From: Chlamydiota bacterium
GTDB lineage: Bacteria > Chlamydiota > Chlamydiia > Chlamydiales > SM23-39
Assembly (NCBI GenBank): GCA_039179045.1
Contig: JBCDEZ010000015.1
Span: 1 to 28,786, forward strand
DNA length: 28,786 nt
Direction: 5' to 3'
A program made the position numbers and the translations under genes. The notes under the pieces are model-generated. The model searched no databases. It was not told the origin of the DNA and saw only the letters and a list, made by a program, of their open reading frames with translations. This document shows, piece after piece, positions 9,101 through 16,753 of the stretch. Position 1 is the first letter of the stretch, and each line of letters starts with the position of its first letter.

Positions 9101-10624
9101 GATTGTGGCTAAGATTTCCCGAATTTTCGGAAAAAGAGCAGAATCTCCCGTAAAGAGCAGAGAACCTGAGCCGCGGACAATCGATACACGATCTCGGATC
9201 TCGTATAGGTCTTGCCGGTCAATGGGAGATTTTTGCAAGTGTTCGAAAATTTCCTGGAAAGTATGGTAGATCTTCTGTGGAGATACATGGATAGGGCGGT
9301 ATAGGAAAAAAGAGTTCTTTTCGAGTCTTTCTGCCTCTTTTGTGGGAATGTCGAGATCTTCTACAATTTCTTGAATCTTTGCAAAAGATGAGGGCATCCC
9401 GATGAACAAGATAGAACGGTTATTCTCCATAGGAATGCACGCCTCTATTGTGGAGATCAGCCCTTGTTCGTCATATCCCGCATCGAGCATTGCTTGGGCA
9501 ACTTTCCTTAGTGCGGGGATTAAGTCTTCAGTCGTCTGGTTTTGTAGAGGATAGATGAAAATATTTTCTCCCTGGAGAGATTTTCTTTCATAGGGTATGT
9601 CGAACACGGCAAGCATTTCTTCAATGCTTTTCAAGATCTCCTGTTGTCCTGTGAAGAGCAAAGATTTGCTTTCACCTACGCGCTTACCCGCGCGCAAGGC
9701 TTGTACGATACCCTTACTCTGGTATCCGCTTTTTTCAATGCTATCTGCGAGGTATGCGGCTGCATCCAAGAGTGCTTGGGCAGGTTGGTATTTGGCAGAA
9801 TAGAGCAAGACATTGTTCACATCGGGAAACCCTTGTCCTGCTACCTCTTGATCGAGCTGCCGCAATACATCGAGGGCTTTTTCTATGAGTGCTGGTTGGG
9901 AAACGATGTAGAGGTAGGGAGAGGAGAGGGGATGTGTAAGAAAAAAGGGGTGTTTTGCAACCATGGGCTGCAGAATCTCTTTGGTCATGTCGATCAGGAA
10001 TTTGGGATTGCTATTCTTGATCTGGTAGAGTTCAATTGCAACAGAGCGGTTGATCGTGTCGAGGTGTTCAATGAGCTTCTTTAAAGTCTCTACATTTTCT
10101 GTAACATCGCTCAAAATGATTTGGTTCGTGGCATTGAGAACCTCGAGCTGCGCTCCCGATGAGATCATAGGGCGAATGATGTCAGCAATTCTGGAAGCCT
10201 CTTCATTAGAGATCTTGAATACAGCGGTCGTTAAAGGGTAATTCCGGTCGAGGCCGTCCTCTGGAAAAAAGAGGTTCGCTGCCTGCTGTACATCAGGATT
10301 TTGGTGGATCACGACATTGTTTTCCTCCTGCAGAAGTTGAAATCCTCGTATGCGCAAGAGTTGAACCAAAGTACCGAGTATATTTTCGGTCGATAAGGGA
10401 GTTTCCGAGGTAACTGTGACAGTCATGTTCAACTCTTCTTCATTGAAAATAAAGTTGATTCCTGCAACCTTGCTTACGAAACGTATGTATTCCGTTAGAG
10501 ATACGTTATTGTAATTGATCTTGTAACCATCTTCGATTTTTTCATGAAAAGCCACCCTCTCTCCCTCATTTGTGAAAATCAATAGGGGAGCAAACAAGAA
10601 GGCAAAAAAAATGAAATGTCTCAT
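6116..10624 (-). CDS. sctC: T3SS outer-membrane secretin SctC/CdsC, giant (~1502 aa) with 11 tandem N3-like domains
   Basis: Signal peptide MRHFIFFAFLFAPLLIF (ATG 10624). GspD-like N0 (INYNNVSLTEYIRFVSK..GINFIF), then N1/N2. C-terminal secretin domain (KQVFIEILAI...LLTPKIITQDN...VEYRDIGLNLTITP...VPCLGGLPFIGSAF...FFIRPRI). Lies at the end of the cds operon. Confidence 0.95.
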   Translation of the reverse strand: MRHFIFFAFLFAPLLIFTNEGERVAFHEKIEDGYKINYNNVSLTEYIRFVSKVAGINFIFNEEELNMTVTVTSETPLSTENILGTLVQLLRIRGFQLLQEENNVVIHQNPDVQQAANLFFPEDGLDRNYPLTTAVFKISNEEASRIADIIRPMISSGAQLEVLNATNQIILSDVTENVETLKKLIEHLDTINRSVAIELYQIKNSNPKFLIDMTKEILQPMVAKHPFFLTHPLSSPYLYIVSQPALIEKALDVLRQLDQEVAGQGFPDVNNVLLYSAKYQPAQALLDAAAYLADSIEKSGYQSKGIVQALRAGKRVGESKSLLFTGQQEILKSIEEMLAVFDIPYERKSLQGENIFIYPLQNQTTEDLIPALRKVAQAMLDAGYDEQGLISTIEACIPMENNRSILFIGMPSSFAKIQEIVEDLDIPTKEAERLEKNSFFLYRPIHVSPQKIYHTFQEIFEHLQKSPIDRQDLYEIRDRVSIVRGSGSLLFTGDSALFPKIREILATIDIPPSVEKDNQFLSYRPQVLTGEEIFKSMEDYGKKLSASGFSDPDVLTAIEGMKWIPSTSTLLFTGTPSSLEKIGVLLETIDHPTTAGDSQTTFLLYSLQHVSKESFEEYLKNIGGKLHKQDLKEEQLLNAIDSMKWIQQSHSFLFTGTENALARVQEIAQSFDVPSVQREQPSFILYPIKTVSRKMVEAYLEQIASNLDQTNPKQDALYQAITSMKWIANSGSFMFSGLSTALDSLQKILQDYDQPSVGPGDGYFLYKLEYVQGDLIEKQLQHFAENMRSTSLRDTSILEVIENLKWIKATNSILLTGPSQAIEDVKDLVAQYDVSPGTSQEEVHNDFYMYKPQHLSPSTLQLSLEDIAKSLEEGGLVDEGLLGAIESMQYSAQTHALVFTGNSVALQKLATIIEEVDIPSAKHAAVQKIGRTTFLLYKLKNTSGNYIVNSLESVINDLKKSKNYDFELVRVLQNMKYIRETNSLLFTGPEEALEKAKNLVAKFDLPRVGQAEAPSQFFVYKPEYTSPEDLEGLLLNFADHLKETGLVDPELYNTLYSMKYVAATQSLIFTGTAESLERTRELLRTFDVPGEDSPPKMAEIQPIDNTSFLVYKLQYHPGSEIQGALKRISKDLLDTKNNTSQNLLDAIRSVQWLEITNSLLVTGDQETLTRLKELIKNLDVPLKQVFIEILAIQTTLTNLLDFGLEWGGKGNYRERFAYSTGNFAPIPSSGGDTFSTTLNGVNASNRPDPSNIPFTQPGFDLGVIGDMILHKGKSFFSLGSLLTALQSDSEVSILLTPKIITQDNRTSTLFVGQNIPFIGSILQNVNSSNTLFQNTNVEYRDIGLNLTITPVIGNSDIVSLSIDIENSVEVSNSSGDTITTVNSQAFSAVTTSKTNLSTTVHVPNESFLVLSGLVNATDSKSTSAVPCLGGLPFIGSAFSKLDRSKDVRNIVFFIRPRILHSRGDMRAISEEQEDFFREKAGTVRLEADFEESMESIKSINDD
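7082..9811 (-). repeat. 11 tandem diverged protein-level repeats (~83 aa, ~248 nt) within SctC
   Basis: Each unit reads approximately F.lY(k/r)(p/l)...l...a..l......d..l..ai.sm.wi..t.Sl(l/i)FtG...al.k....l..fD.P. Eleven LFTG-like motifs counted: LLFTG, ILFIG, LLFTG, LLFTG, FLFTG, FMFSG, ILLTG, LVFTG, LLFTG, LIFTG, LLVTG. Confidence 0.92.
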
Positions 10625-10825
10625 AGAATGTATGTACTGCTGGTGGGGAGATTCATGCAATCCTCTTCACCAATCGTAAGGCAATTTGGGGAATAAACGC
10701 AAGCAGTTCTCAAGGAGGATGGGACGCTGGATAAGAAGAGTTCGAAGAGATCGTTGCAACCTTCTCATTGCCTCTTTGGGAAGAATTGCGTCCCGGGAAA
10801 AGAGGGTTGAGGGAGCTTAAAAGCT

Positions 10826-11905
10826 TTATCCTTCTTTCGTGTAATCCATTGAGAGAATACGTAGACCGAATGCCTCGCCTAAAGCGATCAGCTCTGCTGT
10901 GCCAATTTTCCGCCCTTGCAGTCTCAAAACAACGACATTGCCCGGATTGGGGGGAAGGGAAAAAGAAGAGTTAGGGCTCAAGGTAGAGAGCTCCTTCACG
11001 GAAAGCTCCACGGGCCCCAAGTCGACTGTGATCGTAAGGGGCAGATCTTCGAGGGGAGAGGGAGGAGCATTGTTGCGATCTTCCGTAGGTTCCATGGGGG
11101 CCTCCGAGGGGGTAAAAGAGTGGATCTTTGCGGTGCCGTTTTCGATCTCTACAGTGAAGGGCACCTTGTTTTGTATGCATGCTTTTGCCCTGCCTCGGCC
11201 TTTTTCAAGGTTGTAGTGCATCTCATCGGGCAGCAATACAACGCCGGGCATGAGTGCAGCTAAGCTCTCTACGGGCAAAGTGACTTGACCAATCGAAAGG
11301 TAGATTGCAACAGAATTTTCCAGGTAACGCTCGACATAGGGCAAAGCTTTCTTCCAGAGAACAAAGTGGTGATCGAAGGAGCTTTGAAATTCTTTGGAAA
11401 GTGCCCATGTTCCCGTGACTGCCTCGTTTCCATTTCTCAATACAATTTCAATAGCGAAAAAACGCTCTTCTTTAGGTGTTTCCCGGACGATTTTTGGAGA
11501 TGTTTGAGAAAATAGAGGAGCCTTTACAAGAGCATCGAGCATTTCTAACGCGACATACTGGTACAAACCTTCTCGGAGAACTGAAGAGGAGAGCGCCTCT
11601 TTTTCCTGCGCGTCTGCCAAAGTCCAAGATAAGAGCTTCATCACCCCGCTTGTGCCCAAAAACCAGTAGGCCTTGCCTGCAATGGGCGGGGCGATGAGTG
11701 TCAGGCAAGGCTCTGTTTGTAGAGACCTTGCCTGTTCTCCCTCTATCCAATAAGAGGATCCCACATGCAAAGAGAGCAGGGGCAGCTCTAAGCGCTCGCG
11801 TACAATGCGAAGAGACTCTTCGGGGGAAAAATATGGGGCGCAAGGACTCTCGGGTTGCTCGGGCAAACTACAGGTTTGTAGCAGGCTCATGATTGTACTG
11901 CTCAT
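10826..11905 (-). CDS. sctQ: T3SS cytoplasmic ring / sorting platform protein SctQ/CdsQ
   Basis: C-terminal SpoA/FliN domain (LEDLPLTITVDLGPVELSVKELSTL...VVLRLQGRKIGTAELIALGEAFGLRI). Syntenic after cdsP, with a 4-nt ATGA overlap. Confidence 0.9.
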   Translation of the reverse strand: MSSTIMSLLQTCSLPEQPESPCAPYFSPEESLRIVRERLELPLLSLHVGSSYWIEGEQARSLQTEPCLTLIAPPIAGKAYWFLGTSGVMKLLSWTLADAQEKEALSSSVLREGLYQYVALEMLDALVKAPLFSQTSPKIVRETPKEERFFAIEIVLRNGNEAVTGTWALSKEFQSSFDHHFVLWKKALPYVERYLENSVAIYLSIGQVTLPVESLAALMPGVVLLPDEMHYNLEKGRGRAKACIQNKVPFTVEIENGTAKIHSFTPSEAPMEPTEDRNNAPPSPLEDLPLTITVDLGPVELSVKELSTLSPNSSFSLPPNPGNVVVLRLQGRKIGTAELIALGEAFGLRILSMDYTKEG

Positions 11906-13287
11906 GGTTGTTCTCCTTCAGACTCTCCTGAATCAGCACCAGCTTGGTCCAGAGGAGTTTTACGGCGAAATAAGGGTCTATCTGGGTCGTATGAGGCATC
12001 CAACCTGCCGACTCGGAAGGAGAACTGCCCCTTTTGGAAGGCTTCATAAAGATCGGGAAGCGCTGCTGCAAACGCGTTTACCTGCTGTGTGGTATTGCCA
12101 ATTAGGTGGATATTGAAAGAATCGGGAGCCGAAGCATATTTTTCAAACACTAGGGCAGATCCGAAAAAGGGAGATTTTTCAAATGCAGGGGAGTTCAGCA
12201 GAACCTCTGTCTTGGAAATGCCCTGCGAGCTCATGATGATGATCGTCCCTACCATCTGCGTGAACAGATTGTAGATGCTCGCTGGGTTGGTAACGTAGCT
12301 AAGCGTGTGCATCGCTAGATGCACGCCCTCTGGGGTGAGATGGGCGAATGAGGGAGGAGGGACTTGCAACGAGGGTTCGGTGGCTGCATGCGAAGGGGCG
12401 TGCTCTTCTTTTTCAAAGCGAATTGCAGAGAAAGTAGAAGCGATTTGCATCACATGTTTGCGCTCTTCGGGCGATAAGGAGACAATAGGCGCATCCGAGA
12501 TCGGTGGCTGCGAGATGGGGCGCTTTTCGGAAGAGGTCGGAAGTGTGCCTTGAGCGCCATCTGTTCCCATCGAATCAGAGAGATCCACTCCTTTTTTCTT
12601 CTTCTTCGAAGAGATGCTCTTGGGTGGAGAAAAAAGGGGTGAAAAGGGAGAAAACGCCTCCTCTTCCAAAGGAGATGCCGCTTCTTTTCCCTTCTTTTTT
12701 CCCTCTTGTTCCAACGCAAATTTTCCCTGTCCTAACGCTCCTTGAGAAGGGAGAGAGACTCCCTCAAAAAGAGAGCCTTCTTCATTGGAGGGTAGTTCTT
12801 CTGTAGAAAAAGAACTTTTGGAAGGGGATCTTTTTTTATGCTGGTCTTTTGCGTGGAAAGTGCCTTGGGAAGGAGAAGTATTCATATCTTCGGGAGAACG
12901 CATCGAGCGAGGCTGGTTTTGGCGGGGCTGGGTAGTCCCTTGCTCGGGAGGAGCAGGGTCGTGGTTTTGCCAAAATTCGGGACTATGAGGCAAGCTCTGG
13001 TTGTCACTGAATCGCGGCGAAGATGGGGGAACGGAAGAGGGATACGCACTCCCATAAGAGTGTCCATGAAAATCGGGGTCGTAAATGGAGGGGGGAGGGC
13101 GGGAGCCTTGGTAGGCTTCTTGGTTGGAGCCAAGAGCGCGCTCTTTGTTCCTTTTTCGCTTGTCAGGATCAATTTCTCTTGTTTTTTGTACCCTGCTCAT
13201 CTCATCGTCGAAGCGCCCTTTATCGGGAACTTTCGACTCTTTCCCTCTTCTCCCTTCGGGAGAGCCTCCTACTTCATTTACGCTCAT
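11902..13287 (-). CDS. sctP: T3SS needle-length ruler SctP/CdsP (CT671-like), ~461 aa
   Basis: Long Pro/Ser-rich disordered N-terminal part plus a compact C-terminal T3S4-like domain (QMVGTIIIM...TEVLLNSP.F..SPFFGS...APDSFNI.L). Lies between cdsO and cdsQ. ATG 13287 follows GAGG. Confidence 0.75.
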   Translation of the reverse strand: MSVNEVGGSPEGRRGKESKVPDKGRFDDEMSRVQKTREIDPDKRKRNKERALGSNQEAYQGSRPPPSIYDPDFHGHSYGSAYPSSVPPSSPRFSDNQSLPHSPEFWQNHDPAPPEQGTTQPRQNQPRSMRSPEDMNTSPSQGTFHAKDQHKKRSPSKSSFSTEELPSNEEGSLFEGVSLPSQGALGQGKFALEQEGKKKGKEAASPLEEEAFSPFSPLFSPPKSISSKKKKKGVDLSDSMGTDGAQGTLPTSSEKRPISQPPISDAPIVSLSPEERKHVMQIASTFSAIRFEKEEHAPSHAATEPSLQVPPPSFAHLTPEGVHLAMHTLSYVTNPASIYNLFTQMVGTIIIMSSQGISKTEVLLNSPAFEKSPFFGSALVFEKYASAPDSFNIHLIGNTTQQVNAFAAALPDLYEAFQKGQFSFRVGRLDASYDPDRPLFRRKTPLDQAGADSGESEGEQP

Positions 13288-13295
13288 AAATCGCC

Positions 13296-13814
13296 TCAAT
13301 TGTGTTTGTTTCGTCGAGAGCGTCTGCTCTTTTCGATTTTTTTCAGGGTGTGTCCTGCGGCTCCCAGTTCATCTTGTTCTTTCTCATCTTGTCTGCCTTG
13401 TTCGCTTGCCTGTTCTTGTTCCCAGGTTTTCTGATGTTCTTTGAGTTTTTCGAGATCTTTTTCTCGGGCAAATACCAACTCCCTTGCTTCATCCACCTCT
13501 TTTTGCTTTTTTTCGACCTGGGTTTTTTGCGCGGACACTTTCGACTCTTTCTCCGAGAGTCTCTCTTCCACAACGGATAAGTAGTTCTTCATCTGGGTGA
13601 GGGTGTCTGTATTTGTCCCCTCGTCGAGAGTTTCTCGCAACTGCATGAGCTTTTCTTCTTTGTGGAGCTGCACTTCGTCACGCTCTTTTTCGACCGTTTT
13701 GAGCTTTTCTTCTTCCTCTTGCAGCTCTGCCCGTTTTTTTTCCAAAGCGATGATCGCCTGATCATACCGCTTTTTCTTGATTTTAGCGAGCTCTTCAAGG
13801 GGATATTTTTCCAT
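13296..13814 (-). CDS. sctO: T3SS stalk protein SctO/CdsO (CT670-like)
   Basis: MEKYPLEELAKIKKKRYDQA...L.QLRE.LDEGT...QMK.Y...EKEQDELG: a charged coiled coil resembling chlamydial CdsO, directly after the ATPase gene. Confidence 0.88.
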   Translation of the reverse strand: MEKYPLEELAKIKKKRYDQAIIALEKKRAELQEEEEKLKTVEKERDEVQLHKEEKLMQLRETLDEGTNTDTLTQMKNYLSVVEERLSEKESKVSAQKTQVEKKQKEVDEARELVFAREKDLEKLKEHQKTWEQEQASEQGRQDEKEQDELGAAGHTLKKIEKSRRSRRNKHN

Positions 13815-13824
13815 GATACGTTAC

Positions 13825-15144
13825 CTAACGAAATAGCACGTTCAGCTGCTGGAGCGTCTCTTCCAAGGTGACTGCTTCATCGACTCTTTGCTGCAAAAAC
13901 CGACACACTTTATCGATGAATTTGATCGCAAAGTCGGCGTCCTTGTCCGACCCTGGCTTGTATTCTCCAATCCGGATCAAGAGCTCGTTTTTCGCGTAAT
14001 TGGCAAGAACTTCGCGCACTTGTGTGATCAAAGCGATCTGTTCTTTAGAGGCAATGGTGCTCAAAACCCTTGTCAATGAGGGGAGCGGGTCGATCGCTGG
14101 GTAGTGCCCTTTGTGAGCGTACTCCTGGGAGAGGACGATGTGTCCATCTAGAATGGACATGACCTCATCGGCGACAGGCTCTTTCATATCACTTCCCGCG
14201 ACGAGTATAGCATAAAAAGCGGTGATCGATCCCGTTTCCCCATTGCCTGAGCGCTCAAGGAGCTTGGGAAGTGTAGCAAAGACCGAAGGGGTATAGCCCG
14301 CTCTTGCAGGGGGCTCGCCTGCTGCGAGTCCAATCTCCCGAAGTGCTCTTGCAAAGCGGGTGACCGAGTCCATCATCAAAACGACCGTTTTGCCCTGCTC
14401 GCGGAAGTATTCGGCAATGGCCGTTGCTACATAAGCTGCGTTGATTCGTAGCTGGGGAGCCTCATCCGAAGTGGAAGCGATCACTACAGAGCGCGCCATG
14501 CCTTCTTCTCCCAGATCGTTTTCTAGGAATTCGCGCACTTCTCTTCCCCTCTCTCCGATCAAAGAGATCACATTGATGTCGGCTTGCGAGTTTCTCGCAA
14601 TCATCCCCAAAAGGGTCGATTTACCCACGCCAGGCCCTGCAAATATACCCATTCTCTGCCCTTTGGCACAGGGTAAAATTCCATCGATACACCGCACGCC
14701 TGTCGATATCGGTTCGGAGATTAGCTGACGGTGCAAAGGATTGGGGGGGGAGTTGACGACAGGGAATGTGACAGGAACGTCTTTTAAAGGGCCCTTTTCT
14801 CGACTATCTAACGGTTCGCCAACACCGTTGAGCACTCTACCGAGAAGACCGTTTCCCACTTTGATGTGTAACGGCATGCGCAAGGGGATCACTTCAGAAG
14901 AGGGTCCGATCCCTTTCATTTCTCCTACCGGAGAGAGAAAGACCTCCCCTTGCGTGAAACCCACTACCTCAGCTATGAGAGGCGCGCCATCCCGTTTCAC
15001 AAGACAAATCTCCCCCATCTTGACCTGGGGAACGATAGCGCGCATCAAGGTACCCACAATCTCCGTGATCCGGCCGTGTACCGTTGTCAGCTCTACGTCC
15101 TCTATGTGGTCAATCAACTCATCAATAGAGTGCTTTTTCTCCAT
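13825..15144 (-). CDS. sctN: T3SS ATPase SctN/CdsN
   Basis: Walker A GPGVGKST, LIGERGREVREF, Walker B LMMDSVTRFARALRE, GEPPARAGYTPSVF, SILDGHIVLS. Confidence 0.97.
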   Translation of the reverse strand: MEKKHSIDELIDHIEDVELTTVHGRITEIVGTLMRAIVPQVKMGEICLVKRDGAPLIAEVVGFTQGEVFLSPVGEMKGIGPSSEVIPLRMPLHIKVGNGLLGRVLNGVGEPLDSREKGPLKDVPVTFPVVNSPPNPLHRQLISEPISTGVRCIDGILPCAKGQRMGIFAGPGVGKSTLLGMIARNSQADINVISLIGERGREVREFLENDLGEEGMARSVVIASTSDEAPQLRINAAYVATAIAEYFREQGKTVVLMMDSVTRFARALREIGLAAGEPPARAGYTPSVFATLPKLLERSGNGETGSITAFYAILVAGSDMKEPVADEVMSILDGHIVLSQEYAHKGHYPAIDPLPSLTRVLSTIASKEQIALITQVREVLANYAKNELLIRIGEYKPGSDKDADFAIKFIDKVCRFLQQRVDEAVTLEETLQQLNVLFR

Positions 15145-15147
15145 GAT

Positions 15148-15783
15148 TCAAAGCTGGGTGTTGAGTATTTGTTTCAAGTTTTGGATGAAAGCGCCTAGCA
15201 TAGTGGAGGCATACTCGAGATTTTGCTGCGCCTGCGCTGCTTGGATCTGTACGGAAAGGAGATTAGCTGGATTGATCTCATGTGTATTTTTCCCCATCTC
15301 CTCGAGACGCGCCTTTGCTGCCATGAGGTGGTTTTGCCCCTCGTTGATGAATCCCAAAAAGCGGGATAAAGGCCCTTCGCGCGCCACTTGAGCTTTTCCT
15401 TTACTCTGAGGCACTCCCAATTTGGTGTTCATTTTTTGCAGATGTTCATTGGCCTGTTCGAGTTTGCTGTGGAGCACATCGCCATGCTGCCTTTTGAGCT
15501 TAGCATGGGGGTATTGCTGGATCTTTTTTTGGATTTCTGTCAGATGAGCATCTGACTGTGCTATCTGGCTTTGCATCTCTTGCCAAGAACCTCTCGGAGC
15601 AATTGCCGATTGTTGGGCTAGCTCCATGGGGCCGAGCGGTCGTTCCTGTGCAGGATTCTGCTTGGGAGAACGTTGAGGCTCTACCATCGAACGGAACTCG
15701 TTCGGATCGGGAGGCATCTTTTCTGGATTGATTGGTCTAGGGCCAACGGGTTGTGACGAGATATCTTCAGTACGATCGTTCAT
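15148..15783 (-). CDS. CT668-like T3SS protein; C-terminus resembles the inner rod (SctI)
   Basis: Lies between cdsG and cdsN as CT668 does. Pro/Gln-rich N-terminus. C-terminal NPANLLSVQIQAAQAQQNLEYASTMLGAFIQNLKQILNTQL. Confidence 0.75.
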   Translation of the reverse strand: MNDRTEDISSQPVGPRPINPEKMPPDPNEFRSMVEPQRSPKQNPAQERPLGPMELAQQSAIAPRGSWQEMQSQIAQSDAHLTEIQKKIQQYPHAKLKRQHGDVLHSKLEQANEHLQKMNTKLGVPQSKGKAQVAREGPLSRFLGFINEGQNHLMAAKARLEEMGKNTHEINPANLLSVQIQAAQAQQNLEYASTMLGAFIQNLKQILNTQL

Positions 15784-15789
15784 CGCAGG

Positions 15790-16230
15790 TTACCTACGTT
15801 TTGTAGAGGAGTTTTTTACCTCTAGAGGTGTTGGGTCTTTTTTGATGACCGAATCGACGAAGCGAAGAGCGCTATTCGACAAATCTTTGATCAATCCATC
15901 AGAAGAAGAAGCACTTTGCATGAGGAGTTTTTCCCCCTTTGCTACCCGGTCGGGAGTCATGGTAAGGCAAAGACCTAAAAAGGTATTGGCCATTTCATTT
16001 CCTGGGTCTTTGTCCAAAACGGCATAAAAATAGTCGCATGCTTTTTGAATTTCTAGTTTGTGCAAGTGCATGTAACCGAGTCCTACCTTAGGCAGGGGAT
16101 TGTCTGGATCAAGAAGGCTTGCTGCCTCGAAGAGCTTGCGCGCTGCGTCTTCGTCGCACTGGTTGACTGCAATGAACCCACTTTCCAAAAAGAGGTAAAA
16201 ATCGGAGGCAAATGTAGAGAGATCTTCCAT
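15790..16230 (-). CDS. cdsG: Needle chaperone CdsG (YscG-like TPR)
   Basis: DFYLFLESGFIAVNQCDEDAARKLF.A...LDP...L.KVGLGY..LHKLE... resembles CT667; TPR pattern; synteny. Confidence 0.88.
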   Translation of the reverse strand: MEDLSTFASDFYLFLESGFIAVNQCDEDAARKLFEAASLLDPDNPLPKVGLGYMHLHKLEIQKACDYFYAVLDKDPGNEMANTFLGLCLTMTPDRVAKGEKLLMQSASSSDGLIKDLSNSALRFVDSVIKKDPTPLEVKNSSTKRR

Positions 16231-16238
16231 AGGTATAC

Positions 16239-16499
16239 CTACTGCGGTTTCTGGTTACGAATCGAGGAGTTGATCACGCTGTTGACCTGAGCGATCAAAT
16301 TCGAAATCGACTCTCCTACCTGTGTGACTTGACTCATCTGGAACTGGACGAGCAAGAACTGTCCTGGAGACGCACTACTGATGTTCGATGCGAGCTGCTG
16401 TATCTGGATTACCAGCTGAGATTGCAGCTTTTTGTATTGCTTGATCAGCTCGCCAAAAGACAAGGTTGCCTTGTTGTCGTCCGAGATAAATTCACTCAT
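16239..16499 (-). CDS. sctF: T3SS needle subunit SctF/CdsF
   Basis: 86-aa helical hairpin with C-terminal PGQFLLVQFQMSQVTQVGESISNLIAQVNSVINSSIRNQ, resembling CT666; lies between cdsE and cdsG. Confidence 0.85.
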   Translation of the reverse strand: MSEFISDDNKATLSFGELIKQYKKLQSQLVIQIQQLASNISSASPGQFLLVQFQMSQVTQVGESISNLIAQVNSVINSSIRNQKPQ

Positions 16500-16747
16500 T
16501 TCGTTGCCTCTTTTTTTTCAATTTTCTTTACCACGCGCTTCATGGCATTGTATCCATGGATCAAAATACCGAGCGGCTCGAAGCTGTCGGGATGGGTGCC
16601 CGATTTGAGCTTTGCTTTGATCTGATCCACTTTCTGCTCGCACAAACTGGTGATTTCTTTCGCTTTGGTGGGATTTTTTGCTATTTCCACTTCTAAATCG
16701 AACTGGAATTTGGTCGGTTTTTTTTTCTCTTTCTCCAAGCCAAACAT
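16496..16747 (-). CDS. cdsE: Needle chaperone CdsE (YscE-like)
   Basis: MFGLE...FDLE.E...IK..LKSG....F..LGILIHGY.A..RV, resembling CT665; synteny. Confidence 0.85.
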   Translation of the reverse strand: MFGLEKEKKKPTKFQFDLEVEIAKNPTKAKEITSLCEQKVDQIKAKLKSGTHPDSFEPLGILIHGYNAMKRVVKKIEKKEATK

Positions 16748-16753
16748 TCTTTA

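Noticed and set aside
7082..9811. Secretin repeats as a DNA tandem repeat, CRISPR array or misassembly
   Set aside because: The units are similar only at the protein level, strongly diverged in DNA, and in one open frame.
6116..10624. Secretin as a T2SS GspD or type IV pilus PilQ
   Set aside because: The N0 is GspD-like, but chlamydial T3SS secretins are known to be T2SS-related, and the gene ends the cds operon with no gsp or pil genes nearby.
10625..10660. Upstream alternative starts from the ORF track (sctC 10660; also scc4 19089, copB-like 21541, 22022, sctP 13299, 27134)
   Set aside because: Downstream ATGs have better RBSs or family-like N-termini, and the extensions overlap promoters or neighbouring genes.
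13825..15144. ATPase as flagellar FliI, F1-beta, or an inactive variant (GSDM for GDDM, DEVMS for DEV[R/K]S)
   Set aside because: Synteny identifies CdsN. Walker A/B, the catalytic GERGRE motif and the arginine-finger region (SLTR) are retained.
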